A stretch of 64,000 nucleotides of DNA from an uncultured virus (IMG/VR IMGVR_UViG_3300020471_001437) (IMGVR_UViG_3300020471_001437), one strand, 5' to 3'. Shown: positions 47,191-57,941, counted from the stretch's first letter. A program made the numbers and translations. Notes: generated by a model not told the origin, from the letters alone.

Positions 47191-50100
47191 TGTGCGTGAC
47201 TATTCACTATACCTCACCGAGTTTGACAAGTTCATCAATCTCATAGTAGGTTCAGGAAGAGTCCCAAGCGAGTCTGACATAGACACGTTTGTTGAAAAGA
47301 TGTGGACAAAGAAGTATTGGGCCTATGATAACAACAACTTCGCAGGCTACGCATCGACATTCAAAGGTGTAAACGGCTTCGATATTGTGTCCGGAAAGAA
47401 AGTTCTTGACATTGAAGGCCTTGAGTATTCGACTTACATTTCAGAGGTAAAGCCTATGTTGCTTTCGAAACTGTCCTCTGTAATCGGCGACGTGACGTCG
47501 TCTTCCGGTGCAAAATCGTGGCAACCTACTCCATACCCTCTCGAAACACTCTCATACATGTATGCGAAGCAAAACAAGGATTCCAAATACCAGACCATGG
47601 AGAAAAAGGACAAGCGACAAACCGAATATTGGTTCAAAGCAGAAGCAGAAATCAACTACATGAAAGATAGGATTGCCGAATACAATCGCAAGATAGTTCC
47701 ATACCAATTACGTAAAACAATGTTCCACAACTTGACCGCAGTACACTATTCACACGGTAGTGGAAAGTGTTGGCCCGACAGGGGCATGGTTGTCAGCGGA
47801 GAGGAAGACATAGCACCATTCATGGACGAATATGTCAAAGACACGTTCCGTTCTTTGTGGTTTTCATTCAGTAGTACGGGTGAGAACTACAAAGGCTCTG
47901 TTGTTGACATCGACTTTCACCATGTAGAAAAGAGTGAGAAAGAAAAGAAGAAGGTAGCCATCGAAGTAGCAAAAAAATTGCAAGCGGCAGGACATCCTGT
48001 ACTAATCCAATACACAGGACACGGTTACCACGTATGGTTCGGCCGAGGCACAGGCCCCGAATTCACAGACCGTCACACGATTCAGAACCTTGTAATCAGA
48101 ACACTCGGCAAGGTGCAAGGTGCCACAACCAACAAAACCGAAGCAATAGCCGATGGCATTGCCCACCTTGAGTTCGAAAACAAAGCAGACCAACAATGGG
48201 CAATGTACTTTGGTATGCACTTCAAACCGAATTTCAAGAAACCTATCGACGAAGAAACAGGTTACCCTCCTCTGCCGGGAACCGGTTTGGTCAGGGTACC
48301 ACTTTCTCTCGATACAATCACTACGTTCGACCCACAGTATGACGCACACCCCGAAGCAGTGTTGAAGAATTTCGACAAACTTTCACTTCTTGTTGACAAC
48401 TTCTTCGATGAAATCGAGGTCGGATATGGTCACGAAGACCCTACTTCACTCGAGTCAACACCTCCGTGCCTTCGTAATGAAAACCCTGACCCCGAGCACC
48501 CTTTGGCAGTAGCCGCGACAGAATGGAAGAAGAAACCTGCCTTCAATGAGGTGAGGTGGTCTGATGCTCTTGACACGTTTGAAGATGAAACGGGTTTTAC
48601 CGTTTCACCCAAATTCAATGGCACCCTATTCGCCATTCATTACAAGAAAAAAGGAGGCCATAGAGTAGACGGCAGTGTTCTTTCAAAGAGCAAGTCAATC
48701 GTTTCACGTACGTCAGGTTCCGCTTCACTCAAAACACCAATCACTACCATCATGTCTACCAAAGGTGGCATCATATTGTGGGAGAACCACATCACAAGAG
48801 AATTCGAAGACGCGTGTATCAAACGGGGAGTTTCTGAAGCCATGTTTGTAGGGGAGTTATTCGATTACGATGCTTTTGGTGTGGTCAGAGGCCCGCAAGC
48901 AATTACAGCCGTAGTAATGCGAAAAGACATAGAGCCATCTGCCTTCAAGCAATTGAGATACGCATTGTTCGATGTGATTTCTATTGATGGGCAAAAAATG
49001 GATGTTGAGTATCGTTTGCGAAGACAAGAATTGCTTCCATACCAAGGAGACAGGGTTAGAGTTGCTGATATGGAGTATATCGAGGATGGTGCAGGCCCAA
49101 GATTGACAGCCTTGTGGAATTTGCACGTATCACAAAACAAACAAGAAGGGCTTGTAATCCACCACAAAGGAAAACGCTTCAAGGTCAAAGAAAAGAACAC
49201 GATTGATGTAGCAATCATAGGAGTCAACACAAACAGCGCATCTTGGTTGAAAGGGCGTAAGAACAGGCATAAGTTCCATGTCGCCGTTGCAAGGACAACG
49301 AAGTACGGAGACCCAACGTTCATTCATATTGGGCCTGTGAATTGGGGTCTTGGCTGGGACAACGAGAAACAGGCAGAACTGTTTGACATGGTGATGGGTG
49401 AGAAGATTTCCGATAACAAATACGAGAACACAATCACAATGCCCAACATAGATGTGGGCGGGGTTGCATTGGGGTTACCATTGTCCGAAATAATGTTGGT
49501 AGAGCCAAAGGTGGTAGTCGAAGTAGAGTACGAAAGATTGTCCGAAGGTTCGACGCCCACCTTCGGTGCATATTATCTGCAAGAGACCAAGAAGGCAAGT
49601 AAAGACAGAAGGCCAAGGAAATCAGGTTACAAACTATACCCCCAACTGATACAGTCTCGACGAATGATTGGTCCCGCGCAAATGACGCGGGTTCGTGACG
49701 ACAAGGACCCAATGAATACTCACGACATCAGAATGGAGCAGGCAGACGGCGCAGGCGGCCTCGAAATAAAGAGAGCACCGAGAAAGAACCCTATCGCAGT
49801 GTACGGCTATCCGTCTTGGTTACAAAAAATAGCCAACTTACTCCCGATTGTACCGTCAACCGGTTCACCCGTAGGTAGAGTTCTGATTATGGATGATACC
49901 ATGAGCAAGATGAGATACAAGCAAAGCCCACAAGGATTCCCAAGAGAAGAGCCTTGGTACATGCCGATTGAAGCGTACCGTAAACTATGGAACTTTTCAA
50001 AAAGGTCAGGAAGAAGCAAAGAGTTCGGCGGCTATTCGATTGATGGTAACATCTACTATGGTTCTTCACAAGGAAGGGACAATTTGGCAATGATGTATAC

Positions 50101-51574
50101 GAGTGACGTGTATGGTGCAGACTTCTTGTTCCACACTCACCCGAGAGACCACTTTTCCCCACCAAGGTACCCGATAATTTCGGGGCACGACCTTGCGGGT
50201 TCTTTGCTCACCAAGTATGCGTTTGGTATACCTTGGGAGATTATTGTAGTGCCTCACGGTTTTGTATTCTTCTGCCCACGTGGTCTCAAAAAGGGTTCTA
50301 AGATTCTCAAGGCAATAGAAGCACTCAAGAAAAGCGATTCCAAGAAAACAGTCGACAGACTGTTCACCGAGATTGCAGACGAAGAAAAGCGAGTTATGAA
50401 AGCATACTCAAATGCACGTAAGAATTACTCAAAGATAGAACAAGAAAGGCGTAAGAAGATGGGATTCATTACAGACCACCCTGCTTGGTATGAAAGTAGC
50501 ATAGTGGAAGAAATGAATGCAAGTGGAGACTGCAATGTCTTCTTTGACTACGTATATGTACCACTGTACGTTTTAGGGCCCAATTTCAAAAAGAAGAAGT
50601 TCGAAGCAATCAAGGCTAATCCATCCACCGGCTTCTTTGGCGTTTCTAAGCAGAGAGAAACCTTCGGTTCGGGCACTATTGGTCCGGAAGGAGAACCAAT
50701 GCCCAAGACGATAAAATTCGAGAAAGAGTTTGAGAAGGCACTTGACCGCGGTAGAAAGGGAGAGCCCGGATTTAAGTTGTACCTTCCAAGACCTGAATAT
50801 TCGATTCAACAAGGGAAAGGGTGGCCCTTTGTTCTCGGTTTACCAATGTCCATGCAAATGGATTTCGCAGACATGTATGGTGGTCCGGGGGCAAATCGTG
50901 TAGCAATGTTGAGTAGTGACGCCGGTAACATCAGAGCCCATACAGAGCAACTAAGCATTTCATACAAAAACCGCGATTCAAGACAAGGGAAAAACGACAA
51001 CATGCTGTTCACAATACAGGCCTTCCAAATGCCGAAGAAAGAAGAAAACCCGGAAGTGTCTTCGGGCGTACCTACTCAATATGATGAAGGAACAGGCAAT
51101 CGTCGAGGAGAGTTCGCTCGACAATTAGATGGTGCACAAAAAGGATTCAAGTTCACGAACAACAAAGAAGAAAGGCGACGACACTTGCAAAACCTGTATG
51201 ATTCTCTCGGGGTCAAATCAAACCCGCCGACAGGAATACAAGAGTGGGATAACAAGGTAGCAGAATTCAGAAAGGACTACGCTGACTTTGTAGTAGGTAA
51301 CTTGGGTGCTGGCCAAAGTTGGGCAGATTACATTTCGTACAAACACCCCGAGTGGGAGTTTGCCTTACTTGAAAAAGGAAGGTTACTGATGGATGCGATT
51401 GACTTGTACACCCTCACGGACGAGGAAGAAGCGCGAGTCAGGCAGGAATACTCATCTATATCATTAGACCTCGACAACCCATTGGGGAACCTCTTGGCCT
51501 CGCTCGACGAGGACGACGAGGCCGATGATGAAGACGAAGAAGGAGGTGACGAAGTTGAAGAAGAGACTGAATGA
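47177..51574 (+). CDS. LigD-like fusion: AEP primase-polymerase + ATP-dependent DNA ligase + JAB/MPN-like domain
   Basis: VVDID...YTGHGYHVWF (AEP); SPKFNG, FVGEL, YALFDV, QEGLVI, KVKEKNTIDVAIIG, EPKVVVEVEY, RVRDDK (ligase motifs and OB domain); KEFGG...FHTHP...SGHD (JAB). Confidence 0.8.
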   Translation: MGVFDVRDYSLYLTEFDKFINLIVGSGRVPSESDIDTFVEKMWTKKYWAYDNNNFAGYASTFKGVNGFDIVSGKKVLDIEGLEYSTYISEVKPMLLSKLSSVIGDVTSSSGAKSWQPTPYPLETLSYMYAKQNKDSKYQTMEKKDKRQTEYWFKAEAEINYMKDRIAEYNRKIVPYQLRKTMFHNLTAVHYSHGSGKCWPDRGMVVSGEEDIAPFMDEYVKDTFRSLWFSFSSTGENYKGSVVDIDFHHVEKSEKEKKKVAIEVAKKLQAAGHPVLIQYTGHGYHVWFGRGTGPEFTDRHTIQNLVIRTLGKVQGATTNKTEAIADGIAHLEFENKADQQWAMYFGMHFKPNFKKPIDEETGYPPLPGTGLVRVPLSLDTITTFDPQYDAHPEAVLKNFDKLSLLVDNFFDEIEVGYGHEDPTSLESTPPCLRNENPDPEHPLAVAATEWKKKPAFNEVRWSDALDTFEDETGFTVSPKFNGTLFAIHYKKKGGHRVDGSVLSKSKSIVSRTSGSASLKTPITTIMSTKGGIILWENHITREFEDACIKRGVSEAMFVGELFDYDAFGVVRGPQAITAVVMRKDIEPSAFKQLRYALFDVISIDGQKMDVEYRLRRQELLPYQGDRVRVADMEYIEDGAGPRLTALWNLHVSQNKQEGLVIHHKGKRFKVKEKNTIDVAIIGVNTNSASWLKGRKNRHKFHVAVARTTKYGDPTFIHIGPVNWGLGWDNEKQAELFDMVMGEKISDNKYENTITMPNIDVGGVALGLPLSEIMLVEPKVVVEVEYERLSEGSTPTFGAYYLQETKKASKDRRPRKSGYKLYPQLIQSRRMIGPAQMTRVRDDKDPMNTHDIRMEQADGAGGLEIKRAPRKNPIAVYGYPSWLQKIANLLPIVPSTGSPVGRVLIMDDTMSKMRYKQSPQGFPREEPWYMPIEAYRKLWNFSKRSGRSKEFGGYSIDGNIYYGSSQGRDNLAMMYTSDVYGADFLFHTHPRDHFSPPRYPIISGHDLAGSLLTKYAFGIPWEIIVVPHGFVFFCPRGLKKGSKILKAIEALKKSDSKKTVDRLFTEIADEEKRVMKAYSNARKNYSKIEQERRKKMGFITDHPAWYESSIVEEMNASGDCNVFFDYVYVPLYVLGPNFKKKKFEAIKANPSTGFFGVSKQRETFGSGTIGPEGEPMPKTIKFEKEFEKALDRGRKGEPGFKLYLPRPEYSIQQGKGWPFVLGLPMSMQMDFADMYGGPGANRVAMLSSDAGNIRAHTEQLSISYKNRDSRQGKNDNMLFTIQAFQMPKKEENPEVSSGVPTQYDEGTGNRRGEFARQLDGAQKGFKFTNNKEERRRHLQNLYDSLGVKSNPPTGIQEWDNKVAEFRKDYADFVVGNLGAGQSWADYISYKHPEWEFALLEKGRLLMDAIDLYTLTDEEEARVRQEYSSISLDLDNPLGNLLASLDEDDEADDEDEEGGDEVEEETE

Positions 51575-54500
51575 AGCAATCGTCGCCAAGTCGTACGGCA
51601 TACCGTCAGAAGGCGAACTGTTCTGCGAACAACCCGTTCTTGCTTCGGGTGTCGACCTTGAGAACGATAGATGGTTCATTATCACACAAGGAACAATACA
51701 AAAGACACTTGTCAACGAGTCACTCAAGCCCACTTTAGGCAAAACCAAATTCTTTACTGCTCGCGATAAGGTGTATGAACTAAACACCGGCCCGAATTAC
51801 GCATTAGAGACAATCAACAGCAACCCACCCGGTCAATTGCAAACAGTGATTGGCGGTTCAATTACAACCAAGAGAGTGCGCCAAAACCCTGTATCGGTAG
51901 ATGAGTTCCGTTCTGAAATGACCGGTATGTATGTGGGTGACCCAAGAAGGGACTTCCGTGAATATGATTCGCCAAAACTACACTCTGCCGCATTCCGAGA
52001 CAAACTCTTCACGTTTGTATCATACAGAGGGGAGTCGTATGGATGGGTCAAAGGCGGTAAAATCTACCACCGTAGAGGTTCATTGATTATGCCCAAACTA
52101 AAGGTCAACAAAGCGGTAGAAGGTTCAACCCTGTTCTATCATACACATCCGTCAAAAGACGAGCCTTCACTATCGAGCGCAGATGATTATCAGTTCTACT
52201 GTGACCTTGCATATGCGTTTGGCATCAAACACTTCTATACCATCATGGAAAACAGAATTGACCACTTTGTATTCTCAATCAAGAAGAGCAAGGAAGAGGA
52301 CTACCTCAAGATGGATGAGGACAAGTTCCTTGACGATTTGAATGCAATCATCGACAGCGCAGAGGCCAAGGTCACCAAGAAACACAAGAACAACCAAAAG
52401 ATGTCCGATGAGGTATTCAACTCCACGATTACCAAGCACACTGTAAGTGAAATCAATAAACGGTTCAGTGACTTTGTCAATATCAAATACAAAGGACACA
52501 CTCGACCGGGGATAATACGGGACAATCCCGGGGATGCCGGGTTTCTACGCAACCCACCCATTCGTATCTCCCACCGCCATTCAGCATCTCAATTCGATGA
52601 ACTTCGAGACACCACCAACAACTTCGAACACTACGGGGCCAATGAATTCGGACACTCAAAGTACGTATATTGGTGGGTGGACCACTACTTCTCACAATCA
52701 AACACACACCCGAAAGGACGACTATGGAAACTGAAAGACTACGGGGTTGACGATGATACCCGACGCAAACTTCGAGACTATCTCTCGGAAGAATTAGCAC
52801 CGGGCTACTCCAACCTTGACTTACTACTATTCCTTGCATTGTATCACGATGTTGGTAAGAAGCGAGAAAAGGAACAGGGTAGGCACCATTCGATAATCGC
52901 GGCCGAGATGTTCAGAGACGAAATATCTCATGAGTTGAAATTGCCACCTCAAGTGACAGACGCATTCTACATGTTGATGATGACAGATTGCGGGAGAAAG
53001 AACATCTCATTGGAAGGATTCATCACGCAAGCAGGAGACCATCTTGGTGTTGCATACCTATTACAAGTCGCAGATATGCTTGCACACCACCCGTTCATGT
53101 TCACTACCATTGCAAAAGAAGCAAAGGATTCAGGCTTCATAGACAAGGCAAACGTCGACTCTTACAAACAAAAAGCGGCAGAACAGCACTTCGACAACAT
53201 CAAGAAATTCTTGAACAACCGTGTAAAAGCAAACCCACCTCCATCCGTAAAGGCAGTTTTCTATGAAGGAGATTATGGGGTTCCAATTGACGGTGACTTC
53301 GCACAAGAGGCATTAGAGGAATACTCCGGTCAAACCGTTCCAATGCTCGGTAGCCCGCTGTCGAAGAACTTCTTCTACAACGGTCAACTTTTCTGCCGAT
53401 ACCCAATGACTGACGATGATAGCGTTGGAGTGGTTTTGTACCTAAACCGAGGTCAGTCAAGCATTAAGATGCAATCTCGCTACATGACGGAAGACGACCC
53501 ATTTGGTCAGAAACTCGCAAACAAGATTCACCGCGAGATTGGGGAGAAAATCGCAGAGGTCAACCCGTATGAGATTGTTCTCGACGACCCCGAGCCTGCC
53601 GTCTTAGTTAACCCACGACACGCCAAGAATGTTCACATCATCACGATTACAAGCGGTCTCCGCAGAGCGGGTATGGCACAAGCAATACGAAGAGTTCTCG
53701 CAGAAATGCTTGGGGCCGATGACATACCCGTTATCTCGACAAGACCGAAAGGTGGTAAAGTAGTAACAGAGAAACAATTCCTCAAAATGATTGAGAACGG
53801 AGAAATGGCTCAATGGCGCAAAACAAGTTCAGGATTCTATGTTGGTCGACGTTTTGCAGACTTCAAGAAAAAGATTGCCGTCTTAGACACTACACTGAAA
53901 GAAGCCACCCAATATGCGAAAGTATTCCCCAACTCCACTAACGTTTATCTTGAGTCTACCGAAACTCCTGAAGAAATGCGAGATAGGATTGACCGTTCAA
54001 ATTCATTAGGCATGGAAAAAGCAAAGGAATTCACGAACGAAGTCATCCAAGAAAATGAAAAAGCCCACGCTAAAGGATTCGAAATAATTCGAGTTCATAC
54101 TTCACCCAAAAAGCCAATCGCTCGGGACATTGCAGAACGCATTGCAAACGACATCGTAAAGAAGAATCCACCTGTCATGCTAAAGGCAAGAGGTACCGAT
54201 GACCTTCTTTCTCGCTTCATCAACCCCGAGACCGGTGAAGAACTAACCGGCCGTTGGTTTGACGGCGGAGTGATAGACACCTCACAGGGTTCACGTCCCA
54301 TCTCTGAACTTGGCGACGAGATTACTGACGTTGATATGATTGCTAATTTGGACGGTCCTCGCCATACATTCAATGTAGGTAAGTGGGGGGACAGAACCAT
54401 AATTCAAGGATGGCGATTGGGTAGGTACTACGAAAAGGTGGAGATAAAAACACCTGTGTTCCTCCTTTCTAACCCAACAGAAATAGGTGAGCCTTCTGCG

Positions 54501-57500
54501 TACTTTGCTACCCGAGGCTTCCTTCAAATCGAAGACCCCGAAGACTATGAAGTGGTAAAACCGGGAGAAATAACCGACTTCCAAGGCAATGCCAAAGGCC
54601 AACGACCCGACATGGTTTTCAAATCTGCCGTAGTGGTCAGTAGAGCCGAAGCAGAGACCGACAAACTTTGGCCACGGGCGAATCCTTCAACGAACTTCTT
54701 TCCCGGTGAAGCGGTCGAACAATACCCTTGGCTACGACACGCTGACCTCATCAAGCAAAATGCAAAGACCCGAGAAGAATGGTTCATGGATTGGGCTAAA
54801 CTCATCAACATGAAGAACAAGGAACTCGAAGCGTTCCTCGATTCACCGCTTGGAAAGAAGGCGGGCCTATCTGCATCTGAAGCCAAAGAGCAAGGCATCC
54901 ATTCCGGTCGAGTAAGTGGAAGAGCCATTTTGAGAATGAGGAAGAAGATTGCTCTCGGCGGTCCAAAGGACTACATCAAAGGACCTGTCCACGCATCGGC
55001 GGTGTTTCTGCGAGCCAAGAAAAAGTGGAACAACAACGATTGGGAATGGTGTGCTCGACAAGTAAGATTCAACAAGCGATTCATGGGAGATTGGTTCGGC
55101 AAGCGAAAAGGTCCTCTTGTACGCGATGGTCAACCTACTCGCAGACTCCTTGCTTTGTGGGTGTGGGGATTCGACCCATGGCGATACGCACGTAAAATCG
55201 AGAAGCGAAAGACCATGCCAAAGTGTCCGAAGGTACCGTGGATAGGTATGACCGAGAAGCGCAAGTACGGTGTTCAATCAGAAGAAGTACGTATGAACCC
55301 AATGGCTCCCGGCTACCAATCGTATGGCTGGACTACTCAAGATTGGAGGTCAATCAAAGTCAACAACAAAGGCGACATAGATTACTCCGAAAAGTGTGGC
55401 GCAGAAGGAACCAAAACACCAAGCGGTTCTCCACGCCTATGTCTCCCGAAAAAGGTCATTCAAACGCTTATGCGTACGGAATCCGGTAAAGAAATACTCC
55501 GAGAACAGGCTCGAAAGAAGGCGAGAGCCAAGAAGGGCGAACGTGTTCCTTGGCATCCTCGTATCAAGAAGTTACATGGTAAGTTAGAGAAGAAAACACC
55601 AAAGGACAGAAAGAAGAAAAAATCACGCTCAATCTTCACTAACCCGCAGACAGGACTCCCCGGATTAGGCACTCCTCCGGTTGACCCTGCCACACTTGAC
55701 CCTCATCTCGATTGGCCGAAGTGGACTCCGCCTGCTTGGTTTGACCACAAGATGATTCCAAAGTCTGCTGTATGGAGGCCACCGGCAAAGGGCGCAGGTT
55801 CCTTATCCCCCGGTTACTACTACATCAGGCAAAGCGAACTCAATCAATTACTCCAATCACAGGCATACCTTGACGCTCAAGAAGCAGATAGACAGAGGAA
55901 GATTAGAGAGGCAAAAGAGACAAGAGAACGCCTGATTAGTGAAGGCCAGCAGTTTGTTGATGATTTCAGAACTAACCCAATGTCACTCGTTTGCAGAACG
56001 CACGGAGTGGTTGCCCCTCATCAAATAGGACAGAACAGTGTGGGTTCACTTGTTTGTACTATGTGTGGAGGAGACCTCAAAGCAATGCGTACTGACGAGC
56101 AAGGTAACATTGTAGGCAGACAGAATCCCGAGAAACCTATTGCGACAATTCAAGACGCTGAAAATATTGTATCCGGTTCAACCGCTCTTACTTGGTTGAA
56201 GAACAATCGACGAGCATTTATTGACGCTAAACTAAGCCGACAAGCAGTGTTTGACATGATTGCAAAAGGAATTGCGAGTAAGTATGGGGTCCGCTATGTT
56301 TTGGTTTCTGAAGAGGAAGCCCGAAAGATTCCATATCTCGCAAACAAGGATAGTTTCTATGAAAATACTAAACAGACCCCCAACCCCGGAACTTGGGACG
56401 AAAGTGCCGGAATCGTCTACTTTAACAAGTACATGCTCAACGATAGGTGGCGAATGTTTGGTGAACTCACACATGAAACAGGAGCCGTCATAATTGCAAG
56501 CAAGTACGGTGGTAAAGCCTTAATCCCCCATTTGTACTACTATGTGTCAACTCGTAATGGACGCATTCGACCGTACGCTTTGACCCATGCAGTTGATACG
56601 ATAGTAAGCGGCGGCATCCACCCCCCAATACATTCACCAATATTGAGCAACCCACGCATACCGAAAAAGTATGAGGGACAAGACCCGAGTGAACACTCTG
56701 ATTTGTATACCGACGAGGACCCAAAAGGAACAATCCAAGGACTTGGGTTCAAAGACAAAAGCACTGCTGAAAGGTCAATCAACATTATCCGTAGGTCAGG
56801 AAAGACCCACGCTCACAAGATACAAGCGGCCATGGCTATGGAGCAGAGAGCGAGATTCCATCCTCACCAAACGACAGGAATCAAGCAAGCACAGAAAGTA
56901 TATGCTCGCTTCATTGAAGAAATGAAGAAGAAGACGAAAGCAATGCGCAACCCGCCTAACATTCCGTTCCCGATTCCCGAGGAATACCAAGAGGAACTTG
57001 AACGCCGTCTTACCGAAGAGATGACCTCCGAAGGATACAAGCCACACACAATCCCCGAAGTTATCGAGGAAGGACTGTATGATGACTCTCCATCAGACTT
57101 TGCATATGCGCAAGGAGAGTATGAAGAATTCCTTGAAGAAATAGAGAAGGGAGACTTTGACGAAGCGTATGCAGAATATAGTGACGTGGAGGGACATGTC
57201 GCTTATTGGCTGTGGACCAATCATCGTATCCAAGTCCCAATCTATACAGGGACTCACGTAGATAAGACCCGAGTAAGAATACAGATATTCAATCATCTAT
57301 TCAACCAATACGGTTTGAAATTCGAACCTAAGTATCTCAAGGGTGGTTCCAATTATGAGAAGGTCCACAAAGTGCGTAAGGCTCTCGATGCCGCCGCAGA
57401 TGACCAAGGTAAGCCACGCAGTAAAGATACGGACGAAGAGATGGCCAAGAAGGTGGCAACATCAGTAGCGGCAATAGTAAAGAAAAACCCACCACTTGAC

Positions 57501-57941
57501 TACCCTGACAACCTTGCAGAAGCGTTCGAAATGATGAAGCGACAGGCGAAGAAGAACCGTGAACTCGAAATGACGGAAGGCTTCGATGCTTACGGGTGGT
57601 GGAAGTTTGAGCAAAAGGATGCAATAGACGCGAAGTACGGCGAAGACGTCGTTCCGGGTGCATCATGGAAGTTGCCGGTATTCGACCCTAACTTCGACCC
57701 GCACATACCCGACAAGCAACCTCAACCAAACTATGAAGATGATTTTTATCCACTCAAGCCGGGTCAAAAGGAACCTGATGTCAAGAACCACTTCTACAAT
57801 CAATTGATGCGTATTCCTCAAACATCCCCACCTACACCACGTAAGATACTACAAGTCGCACTCAACATCGGGCAGGGACATGCTAACGGAACAGTTACAG
57901 AAGACTACACCATCGACGACTTCATTGAGGTGAGTGCATGA
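51555..57941 (+). CDS. Giant mosaic protein: JAB, HD, guanylate-kinase-like, DUF3140-like, Zn finger, MazG-like and other small domains
   Basis: TTG start after GGAGGTGA; YHTHP...SSAD (JAB); ALYHDVGK...HH...D (HD); STRP...FLKMIENGEM.QW (degenerate GK); LINM..ELEAFL...SGRAI...WGFDP (DUF3140-like); EYEEFLEE...EYSD (MazG-like). Confidence 0.75.
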   Translation: MKKRLNEAIVAKSYGIPSEGELFCEQPVLASGVDLENDRWFIITQGTIQKTLVNESLKPTLGKTKFFTARDKVYELNTGPNYALETINSNPPGQLQTVIGGSITTKRVRQNPVSVDEFRSEMTGMYVGDPRRDFREYDSPKLHSAAFRDKLFTFVSYRGESYGWVKGGKIYHRRGSLIMPKLKVNKAVEGSTLFYHTHPSKDEPSLSSADDYQFYCDLAYAFGIKHFYTIMENRIDHFVFSIKKSKEEDYLKMDEDKFLDDLNAIIDSAEAKVTKKHKNNQKMSDEVFNSTITKHTVSEINKRFSDFVNIKYKGHTRPGIIRDNPGDAGFLRNPPIRISHRHSASQFDELRDTTNNFEHYGANEFGHSKYVYWWVDHYFSQSNTHPKGRLWKLKDYGVDDDTRRKLRDYLSEELAPGYSNLDLLLFLALYHDVGKKREKEQGRHHSIIAAEMFRDEISHELKLPPQVTDAFYMLMMTDCGRKNISLEGFITQAGDHLGVAYLLQVADMLAHHPFMFTTIAKEAKDSGFIDKANVDSYKQKAAEQHFDNIKKFLNNRVKANPPPSVKAVFYEGDYGVPIDGDFAQEALEEYSGQTVPMLGSPLSKNFFYNGQLFCRYPMTDDDSVGVVLYLNRGQSSIKMQSRYMTEDDPFGQKLANKIHREIGEKIAEVNPYEIVLDDPEPAVLVNPRHAKNVHIITITSGLRRAGMAQAIRRVLAEMLGADDIPVISTRPKGGKVVTEKQFLKMIENGEMAQWRKTSSGFYVGRRFADFKKKIAVLDTTLKEATQYAKVFPNSTNVYLESTETPEEMRDRIDRSNSLGMEKAKEFTNEVIQENEKAHAKGFEIIRVHTSPKKPIARDIAERIANDIVKKNPPVMLKARGTDDLLSRFINPETGEELTGRWFDGGVIDTSQGSRPISELGDEITDVDMIANLDGPRHTFNVGKWGDRTIIQGWRLGRYYEKVEIKTPVFLLSNPTEIGEPSAYFATRGFLQIEDPEDYEVVKPGEITDFQGNAKGQRPDMVFKSAVVVSRAEAETDKLWPRANPSTNFFPGEAVEQYPWLRHADLIKQNAKTREEWFMDWAKLINMKNKELEAFLDSPLGKKAGLSASEAKEQGIHSGRVSGRAILRMRKKIALGGPKDYIKGPVHASAVFLRAKKKWNNNDWEWCARQVRFNKRFMGDWFGKRKGPLVRDGQPTRRLLALWVWGFDPWRYARKIEKRKTMPKCPKVPWIGMTEKRKYGVQSEEVRMNPMAPGYQSYGWTTQDWRSIKVNNKGDIDYSEKCGAEGTKTPSGSPRLCLPKKVIQTLMRTESGKEILREQARKKARAKKGERVPWHPRIKKLHGKLEKKTPKDRKKKKSRSIFTNPQTGLPGLGTPPVDPATLDPHLDWPKWTPPAWFDHKMIPKSAVWRPPAKGAGSLSPGYYYIRQSELNQLLQSQAYLDAQEADRQRKIREAKETRERLISEGQQFVDDFRTNPMSLVCRTHGVVAPHQIGQNSVGSLVCTMCGGDLKAMRTDEQGNIVGRQNPEKPIATIQDAENIVSGSTALTWLKNNRRAFIDAKLSRQAVFDMIAKGIASKYGVRYVLVSEEEARKIPYLANKDSFYENTKQTPNPGTWDESAGIVYFNKYMLNDRWRMFGELTHETGAVIIASKYGGKALIPHLYYYVSTRNGRIRPYALTHAVDTIVSGGIHPPIHSPILSNPRIPKKYEGQDPSEHSDLYTDEDPKGTIQGLGFKDKSTAERSINIIRRSGKTHAHKIQAAMAMEQRARFHPHQTTGIKQAQKVYARFIEEMKKKTKAMRNPPNIPFPIPEEYQEELERRLTEEMTSEGYKPHTIPEVIEEGLYDDSPSDFAYAQGEYEEFLEEIEKGDFDEAYAEYSDVEGHVAYWLWTNHRIQVPIYTGTHVDKTRVRIQIFNHLFNQYGLKFEPKYLKGGSNYEKVHKVRKALDAAADDQGKPRSKDTDEEMAKKVATSVAAIVKKNPPLDYPDNLAEAFEMMKRQAKKNRELEMTEGFDAYGWWKFEQKDAIDAKYGEDVVPGASWKLPVFDPNFDPHIPDKQPQPNYEDDFYPLKPGQKEPDVKNHFYNQLMRIPQTSPPTPRKILQVALNIGQGHANGTVTEDYTIDDFIEVSA

